Shown here: piece by piece, positions 16,279 through 25,432 of the stretch
Layout: each line of letters begins with the position of its first letter
Position numbering within the stretch: position 1 is the first letter of the stretch
NCBI GenBank assembly: GCA_044222065.1
Contig: JBGAOA010000034.1
Span: 1-47,950 of the forward strand
Direction of reading: 5' to 3'
Source: Candidatus Eiseniibacteriota bacterium
GTDB lineage: Bacteria > Eisenbacteria > RBG-16-71-46
DNA length: 47,950 nt
Notes under the pieces: generated by a model
The model's database searches: none
What the model saw: the letters and a program-made list of their open reading frames with translations, nothing else
What the model was told of the DNA's origin: nothing
Made by a program: the position numbers and the translations under genes

Positions 16279-17157
16279 CTATTCCTCGCGGCGAAGACTG
16301 CGGCGCAGCCGCCTCACGATGCGGTCGATCGTCGTGTAGACCCCGCGCGCCTGGTCGAGACCGAGTTCCTCGGCGATCTGCGGCGCGGACCAGCCGCGCT
16401 CGAAGCGCATTTCGAGGACGGCCCGGTCCTTCGGCGGCAGCTCCGCGAGCGCCTCCTGCAACCGGCCCGCGGTGCGCTTCGCCTCTCGCTCCATCAGATG
16501 GTAGTCCGGGCTGAATGCTCCGGAGCGCTGCTCGTATTCGTCCCGAACGTGGTCGAGGTACTCGAGCAGTCGCCCGGACGACGCGCCGACGGACTGCGCG
16601 TAGAGGTCGTACGCGAGCCGGCGAAGCCATCGGTCGCCGAGCTGGCGCTCGATCTGGCGCAGACCCGCCATGAACCGTTCGATCGTCCAGGGATCGCCGG
16701 GGCGGTCGAGCTCGTCCACGACTTCACCCGCAGAGCGCCCTTCCACGTAGTAGAGGCGGAACAACCGCTGCTCGAGCGGGCTCAGGCGCGCGAGCACGCG
16801 AGCGCCGTGCGCCCGTCCGAAGCGGTGGCGCAGGTGGTCCATGACCGCCGATCGCGTGACCAGCGTCAGCCACGTCGAGAGGGACGCGCGGCCTTCGTAA
16901 GTACGCAGCTTGCCGCGACGGACCGCGGCCAGGACGTCGACGAACAGCGTCTGCACCTCGTCCGGATCGCGCGACCTCAGGTAGCGGCGCGCGATCGCGT
17001 GGATCAGCCCGGAGTACCGGGCGATGAAGGACTCCCAGGCGGCTTCGTCTCCGGCCACGACACGTCGAGCGAGCGCCACGTCTTCCGCGTTTCGTTCGGT
17101 ATCGGAGCCGGACGAACCGGTCACCGCGCGTGCCTGCTCAGGGGCTCGGAAGCTCAT
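16279..17157 (-). CDS. ECF-type RNA polymerase sigma factor, extended (start uncertain)
   Basis: Region 2 (GDEAAWESFIARY...YEGRASLSTWLTLVTRSAVMDHLR) and C-terminal region 4 (LAELPPKDRAVLEMRFERGWSAPQIAEELGL). Confidence 0.88.
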   Translation of the reverse strand: MSFRAPEQARAVTGSSGSDTERNAEDVALARRVVAGDEAAWESFIARYSGLIHAIARRYLRSRDPDEVQTLFVDVLAAVRRGKLRTYEGRASLSTWLTLVTRSAVMDHLRHRFGRAHGARVLARLSPLEQRLFRLYYVEGRSAGEVVDELDRPGDPWTIERFMAGLRQIERQLGDRWLRRLAYDLYAQSVGASSGRLLEYLDHVRDEYEQRSGAFSPDYHLMEREAKRTAGRLQEALAELPPKDRAVLEMRFERGWSAPQIAEELGLDQARGVYTTIDRIVRRLRRSLRREE

Positions 17158-17353
17158 GGATGTCGAGTCGCGGTCACCGGGCAAAGGAATGAGCACCGCC
17201 GGCCCACGGGGGGCCGGCGGCACCGAGGGGTCCCAGCTGTCTGATTGGACGGACGGTCCGCGCGGATTACGAGCCTTCGTCGTTCGCCCGGATGGCGAGC
17301 CGGGCGAGCTGGATTCGCTGGCGTGCCCGCCTCGCGGCAGAGTGTAATGAGGC

Positions 17354-20161
17354 GTGCGACGTTTCCGAAGCGCAATCCTGCTGATCCTCGCGGTGGGCAT
17401 CGGCCTCCTCGCGCGGGCGCCGAGCGCCCCGATCCAGGCCTGGCACGTGCGCCGGCTCGAGCAACTCGTTCCGGAACTCGATCCCGAGGTCGCCCGCCGG
17501 GTCGTCGATCGCGATGACGCGAAGTGGCTGACCTTCGCGCGCTCGATCGGCGTTCGCGGCCTCGCCGACGCCTACCAGGCCGTGATCGTCCGGCGGAACA
17601 CCTCGCCGCCGCGGGAACTCCTGGCGACGAGCACCGAACTCGGTCCGATCGCGTTTCGGATCGCCGACGCGTTCGCGCGCCTCTACGACTTCCGGGCGCC
17701 GCTCGAGGTGGAGAAGCAACTGCTCTCGTTCGACGAGTCCCGCAGGCTCGAACTGATGTCCCTCATGAGCCAGCAGTTCCATCTCATCATGGACCAGCGA
17801 CTGCCGCCGCTCGAGCGGCGCCGGCGCCTCGAGCAGGTCGTCGCGGGCATGGAGGCGCTCGGCGCGTGGCGCTCGGCCCTCCACTCCGAGCACGCGCTCG
17901 CGTCCGTGGACGCCGATCTCGGCGAGCCCGAGCGCCACCGCGCGCACCTCGAGTCCATCCTCGCGCGCGCGCGCGTGCTCGGCGAGCCGTACGTCGAAGC
18001 TCAGCTGCTCGGCGAACTCGGCAGCATTCACGCCGCGGCCGGCGAGGACGACTCGGTGCGCTTGTGCTACGACGAGGCCCTCGCGATCGCGCGCCGGCAC
18101 TCGTTCCTCGACCAGGCCGCGCGCATCCTGCGCTTCGACGCCGGATTCCACGCCGACCGGGGCCGGCTCGCGCTCGCGGCCGACCGGCTCACCGAAATGC
18201 TCCAGCTCTGCGACCTGCCGGAGGCGCGCTCCGCGCGCGTCCGCATGCAGATCGACTACGCGGCGTTCCTCGTTCGCACCGGGTGCTGGGACCTCGCCGC
18301 ACGCGTCCTGCGGCGCCTGCCTCCGCTCTTCCGTCAGTACCCGAGCGAGCGGTCGCGCCGCGACACCGAATCCCACCGGTTCGTCGCCGACCGGTTGCTC
18401 GCGCGGCTCGAGTTCGAGGACGGCGACGCGGAGGCGGGAGATCGCCAGATGCGCGAGCTCGCAACGCGCGTTCCGAGCGGCCGCCCGCGCGCGTGGCGCT
18501 ACGACCTGTTCCTCGACTGGACCGCGGGCCTCGTTTCGGTGGAGCGCTGGACGCGCGCGCTCGAGTTGTGTGAGCACGCGATCGTGTACGCCGACACCAC
18601 GCACGCCCCGGGGCAGGTGTTCCGGTACCGCCGGGCGCTCGCGCTCGAGCGGCTCGGTCGCTTCGACGAGCTCGATGGCGCACTCGTGCAACTCCGCGCG
18701 GACCTCGCCCGGGACTCGCTCGCGACCGACGCGCTCGCGCGCGACGTCGAACTGCTCGAGGTCAGCGAGTGCTACCACCGCGGCCGCACGGCCGAGGCCC
18801 GGGCGCGTCTCGGCGATTGCCAGCGGCGTTTCGAGCGCCGGCTCGCGGGGCGACAGAACGGCATGCAGAACTACCTCGAGGTGGATGAGGCGCGCGCGCT
18901 TCGCGCCGCGTGGCACCGGTACGGCGGACTGGATGCGGCGGCCGGCTACCGGCTCGAGTGCCGCTGGCGTTCGCTGTCGCAGCTGCTGCGGGGCGGGGGC
19001 GACACGCGCCTTCCGCCGCTGGAGTCCGATCTCGCGGGGGGCGCGCCGCCGGTGCTCGGCGACGGGGTCCATCTCGTCTATCACGTGGAGGGCGACCGCA
19101 CGCTGCGATGGACGGCGACCCGATCCGGCGTGCGGCTCGACACGCTCGCGCTGTCCTCGCGCGCGTGCCTCGAGCGCGTCAGGCACGCGCTGTCCGCACT
19201 GCAGACGGAGACGCCGCCGCCCGGCGCGCTGCTCGGGCCCGCGGCGCGCGCGGCGCTCGAGCCGCTCGCGCGCCTGCTGCTGCCCGCGCCGATCGCGCGC
19301 GAGGGCGCGAGCGGCCGGGCCGTCTTCGTCTCGGCCGACGGGCCGCTGCTCGCGCTGCCGTTCGAGGCGCTGCCCTTGCTCGCGACTCCCGGCCAGCCGC
19401 CGCTCGCGGCACTCGACGACGTCGCCTACGTGCACGGCTGGCGCGCGTCTCCGCTGCGCATCGGCGGGCGGCCGGTGATCGTCGCGAACCCCGAGATCCC
19501 GGGCGACCTTCGCCGCCGTTACGCGGCGGCGGGGCCGCTCGAGGCCGTGCCGGCCGAGGTCGCGGCGGCGAAGTCGCGCTGGCCGGAGGCGCGGGTCCTC
19601 GAGGGACGCGCGGCGACCAAGGAGAACCTGTTCGCGACCTGGCCCTCCGCGTCGGTGATCTACCTCGCGAGTCACCACGTGCGCGATCCCGACGCGCCCT
19701 TCCTCGGCTTCGTGCCGCTCGCCGTCCCCGAGGGCGGCGCCTCGAGCGACGCGCTGCTCGAGATCGCCGACGTCCACGGGCTCGACCTGTCCGCGTGCCG
19801 GCTCGTCGTGCTCGCCTCGTGCGCGAGCGGCGCGCCGTACCGGCTCGCGCGCCGGCCGGGTCCGAGCCTCGGCGAGGCGTTTCTCGACTCCGGCGCCGGG
19901 GCCGTGATCGAGAGCCTGTGGGAGGTCCGCGACGCCGAGGCCGGCGAGTTCATGCGCCGCTTCCTCGCCGCGGGTGGCGGCATTCGCGAGGACCTCTCGG
20001 CGTTGCAGTCCGCGCGACGACAGATGATGACGCGCGAACAGGGGTGCGCGCCCAGCGTGTGGGCCGCGTGGTCGGTCCACGTTCGGCTGCCGCGAACGAA
20101 CTCGGAATTCGCGCGTGCGCCGCATTCCGGGGTCTTCGCCATCGCCCCGCGCACGCGCTGA
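17354..20161 (+). CDS. TPR-CHAT (caspase-like, clan CD) domain protein with N-terminal signal/TM segment
   Basis: Helical repeat N-terminal half. CHAT motifs DGPLLALPFEAL, ATKENL, IYLASH (His), LVVLASCASG (Cys), AFLDSGAGAVIESLWEVRD and WAAW. Confidence 0.9.
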   Translation: MRRFRSAILLILAVGIGLLARAPSAPIQAWHVRRLEQLVPELDPEVARRVVDRDDAKWLTFARSIGVRGLADAYQAVIVRRNTSPPRELLATSTELGPIAFRIADAFARLYDFRAPLEVEKQLLSFDESRRLELMSLMSQQFHLIMDQRLPPLERRRRLEQVVAGMEALGAWRSALHSEHALASVDADLGEPERHRAHLESILARARVLGEPYVEAQLLGELGSIHAAAGEDDSVRLCYDEALAIARRHSFLDQAARILRFDAGFHADRGRLALAADRLTEMLQLCDLPEARSARVRMQIDYAAFLVRTGCWDLAARVLRRLPPLFRQYPSERSRRDTESHRFVADRLLARLEFEDGDAEAGDRQMRELATRVPSGRPRAWRYDLFLDWTAGLVSVERWTRALELCEHAIVYADTTHAPGQVFRYRRALALERLGRFDELDGALVQLRADLARDSLATDALARDVELLEVSECYHRGRTAEARARLGDCQRRFERRLAGRQNGMQNYLEVDEARALRAAWHRYGGLDAAAGYRLECRWRSLSQLLRGGGDTRLPPLESDLAGGAPPVLGDGVHLVYHVEGDRTLRWTATRSGVRLDTLALSSRACLERVRHALSALQTETPPPGALLGPAARAALEPLARLLLPAPIAREGASGRAVFVSADGPLLALPFEALPLLATPGQPPLAALDDVAYVHGWRASPLRIGGRPVIVANPEIPGDLRRRYAAAGPLEAVPAEVAAAKSRWPEARVLEGRAATKENLFATWPSASVIYLASHHVRDPDAPFLGFVPLAVPEGGASSDALLEIADVHGLDLSACRLVVLASCASGAPYRLARRPGPSLGEAFLDSGAGAVIESLWEVRDAEAGEFMRRFLAAGGGIREDLSALQSARRQMMTREQGCAPSVWAAWSVHVRLPRTNSEFARAPHSGVFAIAPRTR

Positions 20162-20322
20162 GGGCGCGCGCCGGCCCGATTCCGCACTCGTCGGAACGTC
20201 CCGCCCCGCCCGTCGCGCGCGCTGTCTCCCTGCCCCGGCACCTGCTAGCGTGCCCGGGTTCCCGATGCGCCGCCCGCGTCCTTCGTCGCACGGCGTCCGA
20301 CAACCGTCCCCGGGGGGATCCC

Positions 20323-22233
20323 ATGCCGACCGTTCGCATGCGCTGGCTCGCCGCCACGCTCGCCCTGTTCACGTTCACGACCGCCGCGGGTTCGGCGGGC
20401 GGCACCGAGCGCGCCGACGTTCCCGACCGCCTGAAATGGGATCTGACGGACCTGTTCGCGAGCGACGAGGCCTGGACGCGATCACGCGATGCGCTCCGCG
20501 GGCGGCTCGGAGAGTTCGAGCCGTTCCGCGGGCACCTCGGCGATTCGCCCGACGCGCTCTTCCGCGCGCTCGGCGCGATGATGGATTTCAGCCGCGACCT
20601 GCAGCGCGTGATCACCTACGCGAGCCAGAAGAGCGACGAGGACACGCGCGTCGCGCGCACGCAGGAGATGCGGGCGAGCGCCGAGCAGATCGGCGTCGAC
20701 TTCTCGGCCGCGATCTCGTGGGTGCGTCCCGAACTGATCGCGCTCGGCGCCGACAAGGTGAACGGCTTCGTCGCCGCCGACGCGCGCCTCGCGCCGTTCC
20801 GCCAGTACCTCGCCGACGTGCTGCGCTACGCGCCGCACACGCTCACGCCGGGCGAGGAGCGCATCTCGGCGATGGCCGGCCGGCTCGCTCCGGCGGGCGC
20901 GACGATCCGCGGCATCTTCAACAACGCCGAGCTGCCCTGGCCGACGGTCACGCTCTCGACCGGCGAGAAGGTCCGGCTCGACGACGCGGCGTACACGCAG
21001 CACCGCGCCTCGTCCGTGCGCGCCGATCGCAAGGCGGTGTTCGACGCGTTCTGGACCGCGCACAAGCAGTTCGAGAACACGTACGGCGCGATGCTGAACG
21101 CCGGCATCCAGGGCCACGTGTTCGACAGGGACGTGCACCACTTCGGCAGCTCGCTCGAGGCCGCGCTGTTCGCCAACAACATTCCGACGAGCGTGTACCG
21201 GCAGCTGCTCGCGGACGTGCACGCGAACCTGCCGACGCTTCACCGCTACCTGAAGCTGCGCCAGCGCATGATGGGCCTCGACCAGATCCGCTACGAGGAC
21301 CTGTACGCGCCGATCGTCAGCGAGGTGGACCTGCGCTACACGCCGGAGCAGGCGATGGAACTCACGCTCGCCGCCGTGCAGCCGCTCGGCAAGGCGTACG
21401 TCGACACGCTGCGCACCGGCATGACGAGCGGGTGGATCGACTGGCTGCCGTCCACGGGGAAGCGCTCGGGCGCCTACAGCACCGGCGCGTACGGCGTGCA
21501 CCCGTACCAGCTGCAAAACTTCACGGGTCTCTACGACGAGGTCGGAACGCTCGCGCACGAGTCCGGGCACTCGATGCACACGTACCTCGCGAACCTCACG
21601 CAGCCGTACGCGACGAGCGACTACGCGACGTTCGTCGCCGAAGTGGCGAGCACGCTGAACGAGAACCTGCTGTTCCACTACATGCTCGACCGCACGAAGG
21701 ACAAGCCGACGCGGCTCTACCTGCTCGGCAGCTTCCTCGACAACCTGCGCGGCACGCTGTTCCGCCAGACGATGTTCGCGGAGTACGAACTCGCGATCCA
21801 CGAGGCGGTCGAGAAGGGCGAGCAGCTGAGCGGCGAGAACCTGACGAAGCGCTACCTGGACCTCGTGCGCACCTACTACGGGCACGATCAGGGCGTGTGC
21901 CCGGTGGACGAGCTGTACGGAGTGGAGTGGAGCTACATCCCGCACTTCTTCTACGACTTCTACGTCTACCAGTACGCGACGAGCATCGTGGCCTCGACCG
22001 CGATCGCGAACGGCATCCGCGACGAGGCGGCCGCGGTGGCGAAGAGCGGGAAGAAGAACGCGCCGCTGCCGAAGCGCGACGCGTACCTCAAGATGCTGTC
22101 GTCCGGTTCGAGCCAGTACCCGATCGACCTGCTGAAGGGCGCCGGCGTGGACATGACGACCTCGGCGCCGTTCAACGCGGCGATCCGCGAGATGAATCTC
22201 GTGATGGACGAGATGGAGAAGCTGCTCAAGTAG
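20323..22233 (+). CDS. pepF: Oligoendopeptidase F (M3B) with signal peptide
   Basis: KWDLTDLF, GKRSGAYS, TLAHESGHSMH (HExxH), AEVASTLNE, FRQTMFAEYE and HFFYDFYVYQYATS. Confidence 0.93.
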   Translation: MPTVRMRWLAATLALFTFTTAAGSAGGTERADVPDRLKWDLTDLFASDEAWTRSRDALRGRLGEFEPFRGHLGDSPDALFRALGAMMDFSRDLQRVITYASQKSDEDTRVARTQEMRASAEQIGVDFSAAISWVRPELIALGADKVNGFVAADARLAPFRQYLADVLRYAPHTLTPGEERISAMAGRLAPAGATIRGIFNNAELPWPTVTLSTGEKVRLDDAAYTQHRASSVRADRKAVFDAFWTAHKQFENTYGAMLNAGIQGHVFDRDVHHFGSSLEAALFANNIPTSVYRQLLADVHANLPTLHRYLKLRQRMMGLDQIRYEDLYAPIVSEVDLRYTPEQAMELTLAAVQPLGKAYVDTLRTGMTSGWIDWLPSTGKRSGAYSTGAYGVHPYQLQNFTGLYDEVGTLAHESGHSMHTYLANLTQPYATSDYATFVAEVASTLNENLLFHYMLDRTKDKPTRLYLLGSFLDNLRGTLFRQTMFAEYELAIHEAVEKGEQLSGENLTKRYLDLVRTYYGHDQGVCPVDELYGVEWSYIPHFFYDFYVYQYATSIVASTAIANGIRDEAAAVAKSGKKNAPLPKRDAYLKMLSSGSSQYPIDLLKGAGVDMTTSAPFNAAIREMNLVMDEMEKLLK

Positions 22234-22616
22234 CGGTCCGGTCCGGGGCGACGCCGGGCGCGCCGCCCCCTGCCGGGCGAGCGCGTCCGGTCGAGTGCGG
22301 CGGAAACACGTCGCGCGGCGGCCCGAACCGTCAGTTCCGCTGACAGAATGGCGGCGGACTACCACGTCTCGGTGCCTCGCGCGGCGAGCCCGGCGCGCGC
22401 TCCCGCCGCTCGGCGACGAAATTCCTCTCGGCGGTTCACTTCGCCTCAACGTCGTACGCCAATCGCGGGCAGCGGGTTGAGGCGTGGTTTGGTGTGACTC
22501 GACCGCTCCGGTCGCGCCGTGCGAGCGCGCGGAGCGCTTTCGGCATCGCGCGGGCACCGCCGCTGCTACGAATGCCTCCCAACTCTGCGCGTTCGGCGCG
22601 GAGCCCGGGAGACTCC

Positions 22617-23453
22617 ATGCGGCACCGACCCGCATCCTCGACTCGCTCGCTCCACCCAATTCCCGTCCGCGCCGTCCTCGCGGCGCTGCTTTGTTCGTGC
22701 GCGCTGAGCCTCACCCTGCGCGCCCAGGAATCGCCGTCCCCCGCCGCGTCCTCCGCCGACTCGATCGCCGCCGTCGAGAGCGTCGCGGACTCGGCCGCGC
22801 AGGATTCGACGGGCGCCGCCGAGGTCACCGAGGAAGCTCCCTCCGGTGACGCCACGACGCCTCCCGCGCAGGTCTCGAAGTCGTTCGGCCACTGGGAGAC
22901 GGGCAAGAACCTGTTCGAGACCACCTGCCAGCCCTGTCACGGCCCCGTGGCCGAGGGCAACGAATCCATCGGTGCGCCGGCGCTCAACCGGCAGGAGCCC
23001 TGGTACCTGCTCGTCCAGCTCCGGAAGTTCCGCGCCGGGGTGCGGGGCGCGAAGGAGGACGACGTCGGCGGCCAGATGATGGCGCCGATGGCGATGTCGC
23101 TGCCCGACGAACAGTCGCTCCTCGACGTGGCGGTCTACGTCGCGAGCCTCGAAGGTCCTCCGCCCGCGCGCACGCTGCGCGGCGACCTCGCCGCCGGTGA
23201 GAAGACGTTCCGGACGATCTGCACGCCGTGCCACGGTCCGAACGGCATGGGCCGCCCGGAGATCCGCACGCCCGCGCTCTACGGGCAAGCGGACTGGTAC
23301 ATCGCGACCCAGCTCCGGAAGTTCCGCCGCGGGTTGCGCGGATACCACGACGACGACATCTCTGGCATGCAGATGCGCGGGATGGCGACGGCCCTCGCTT
23401 CCGATCGCGCGATCGTGAACGTCGCGTCCTACATCGCGAGCCTCGCGAAGTGA
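22617..23453 (+). CDS. Diheme cytochrome c (c4/c553-like), exported
   Basis: GGAG then ATG 22617, signal peptide, acidic linker. CQPCH and CTPCH are each followed by PALxxQxxWY..QLRKFR and a Met-rich axial-ligand region. Confidence 0.92.
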   Translation: MRHRPASSTRSLHPIPVRAVLAALLCSCALSLTLRAQESPSPAASSADSIAAVESVADSAAQDSTGAAEVTEEAPSGDATTPPAQVSKSFGHWETGKNLFETTCQPCHGPVAEGNESIGAPALNRQEPWYLLVQLRKFRAGVRGAKEDDVGGQMMAPMAMSLPDEQSLLDVAVYVASLEGPPPARTLRGDLAAGEKTFRTICTPCHGPNGMGRPEIRTPALYGQADWYIATQLRKFRRGLRGYHDDDISGMQMRGMATALASDRAIVNVASYIASLAK

Positions 23454-24208
23454 CTCATGACGTCCGACTTCGGATTCGCGTCGGCCTCGGTGCGGTGCTC
23501 GCCGCCGTCGTGGCGCTGCCGGCGCTCGTCGCACCGGTCGCAGGGCAGTGGCCCGGCGGCTCCACGATTCCCGAGACGTTCCACGACCTCACGCATCCCG
23601 CGCGGATCTCGCCCATGTCGGGAATGATCTCGAACTACGGTCAGGCCTGCGTCTACTGCCACGCGCCGCACGGCGGCGGCGGCGAGCGACCGCTGTGGAA
23701 TCGGCGGCTCCCGAACGGCCCGTATCGAATGTACGAAGGCCCGCTCGACATGCTCGCCGATCCGCAACCGACCGGAGTCTCGCGCCTCTGCCTGTCGTGC
23801 CACGACGGCACGATCGGGCTCGACGACGTGCAGGTGCGTCCGATCGCCTACAGCGGACCGGGGCCGCGGCGCGAAACGATCGAGCGCTGCGCGACCGACT
23901 GCCACAACGGCGGCGACCCCGAGGCGGGCCTCAACTGGGAGAACGTCTGGTTCCGGCCCGACGACCTGCGCAAGCAGCACCCGATCTCGCTCGTCTACGA
24001 CGCCTCGCGCGACGCGGGGTTCAACCCGGCCGGCGCCGTGCTCGCCGCCGGACTGGTGCTCGAGGACGGCCGGATCCAGTGCGCGACGTGTCACGAGCCG
24101 CACAGCGAGCAGTACCGCCCGTTCCTGCGCATTCCGAACACGAACGGGAGCCTGTGCCTCGTGTGTCATCGCACGACGCCGTCGCGCTCGACCGCCCACT
24201 TCTGGTGA
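23450..24208 (+). CDS. OmcE-like multiheme cytochrome c (4 CxxCH plus one CxxxCH)
   Basis: GTGA overlap with the upstream stop; signal peptide. HDLT, CVYCHAPH, PLWNR, CLSCHDG, CATDCH, DLRKQHPI, CATCHEPH and PFLR...SLCLVCH. Confidence 0.88.
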   Translation: MTHDVRLRIRVGLGAVLAAVVALPALVAPVAGQWPGGSTIPETFHDLTHPARISPMSGMISNYGQACVYCHAPHGGGGERPLWNRRLPNGPYRMYEGPLDMLADPQPTGVSRLCLSCHDGTIGLDDVQVRPIAYSGPGPRRETIERCATDCHNGGDPEAGLNWENVWFRPDDLRKQHPISLVYDASRDAGFNPAGAVLAAGLVLEDGRIQCATCHEPHSEQYRPFLRIPNTNGSLCLVCHRTTPSRSTAHFW

Positions 24209-24212
24209 CGAC

Positions 24213-25421
24213 GTGAACGCTCCGATTCCCCCGCGCTTCCGTGCCGTTCCGCCGCTCGTCCTGCTCGCGCTCGGCGCCGCGCTGTCCGCGGGCGCGGCGC
24301 GTGCACCCGAGGCGCCGCTGCTCGTCTGGCCTCCGCCGCCGGACAGCGCTCGCATCCGCTGGGCGGGCGCGTTCGACCACGGCGAGGGCGCGCGCGCGGG
24401 CGTGTTCGAGTCGCTCAAGCGTTTCGTGACCGGCGCCGGGCCGCGCGCGGAAGAGCGGCTCGTGCGACCCACCGACGTGTACGCCGAGGACAGCGCCTAC
24501 GTGTACGTGACCGACGCCGCGCAGGGCCGGATCCTCGTGCGCGACCGGAACCGGCGTGCGTTGCGGACGCTCGCCGTTCCGGCGGGGGCCGCTCCGGCGC
24601 GCCCGATGGGCATCGGCGGCGACGGCCGCGGGCGGATCTACGTGACGGATCCGCCGAACCGCCGCGTGGTCGTGCTCGAGCGCGACGGACGTTTCGTCCG
24701 CGCCTTCGGCGGTCGCGGCGTGCTGCTCAATCCCGTGGACGTCGCGGTGGACACCGCGGCGGGCCTCGCGTGGGTCGCGGACAGCCACCTGCACCAGGTG
24801 CTCGCGTTCGATTCGGAAGGGCGCTGCGTGCGAGCGCTCGGTCTCGCGAACGGCGATGCGAACGCGAAGCCCGTCGAACACGAGACGCCGGAGACGCCCG
24901 AGGAGCGCTCGCTCGCCGAGGTGCACCGCGCGGCGGCGGGCTCGCGCGACGTGCGCGAGAACCGTGGCGCCGGGCCGGGCGAGTTCCTGTTCCCGTGCGG
25001 CGTCGCCGTCGCCGCCGACGGGACGCTGTTCGTGAGCGACGGGCTCAACGGCCGCGTGCAGGTGTTCGCGCGCGACGGCGCCTTCCGACGCGAGTTCGGC
25101 CACCTCGGCGACGTGCCGGGCACGTTCGCGCGGCCGAAGGGCATCTCGCTCGACCGCGACGGCAACGCCTACGTCGTGGATGCCGCGTTCAACAACGTCC
25201 AGATGTTCGACCCCGAAGGACGGCTGCTGCTCGCGTTCGGCGCGTTCGGCAGCGGCCCCGGGGAGCTGTGGCTGCCGCTCGGCGTGTGGGTGGATCGCGA
25301 CGACCGCATCTACGTCGCCGACCGCTACAACGGCCGGGTGCAGGAGTTCACGAGGCTCGGAGCGGGCGCTCGGCCCGTTTCCGGCGCGGATCGCGGCGCA
25401 GGAGCGCGCGAGTCCCGATGA
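24213..25421 (+). CDS. NHL-repeat beta-propeller protein, exported
   Basis: Signal peptide, WPPPPDSARIRW, repeated PxxxAxDxxGxxYVxDxxNxRVQxF blades. Confidence 0.92.
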   Translation: MNAPIPPRFRAVPPLVLLALGAALSAGAARAPEAPLLVWPPPPDSARIRWAGAFDHGEGARAGVFESLKRFVTGAGPRAEERLVRPTDVYAEDSAYVYVTDAAQGRILVRDRNRRALRTLAVPAGAAPARPMGIGGDGRGRIYVTDPPNRRVVVLERDGRFVRAFGGRGVLLNPVDVAVDTAAGLAWVADSHLHQVLAFDSEGRCVRALGLANGDANAKPVEHETPETPEERSLAEVHRAAAGSRDVRENRGAGPGEFLFPCGVAVAADGTLFVSDGLNGRVQVFARDGAFRREFGHLGDVPGTFARPKGISLDRDGNAYVVDAAFNNVQMFDPEGRLLLAFGAFGSGPGELWLPLGVWVDRDDRIYVADRYNGRVQEFTRLGAGARPVSGADRGAGARESR

Positions 25422-25432
25422 AAGGAGGAGAC

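Noticed and set aside
15397..20161. CHAT + sigma as part of a type III-E CRISPR (Craspase) locus
   Set aside because: There are no cas genes or repeat-spacer array in the window, and the CHAT proteins appear exported.
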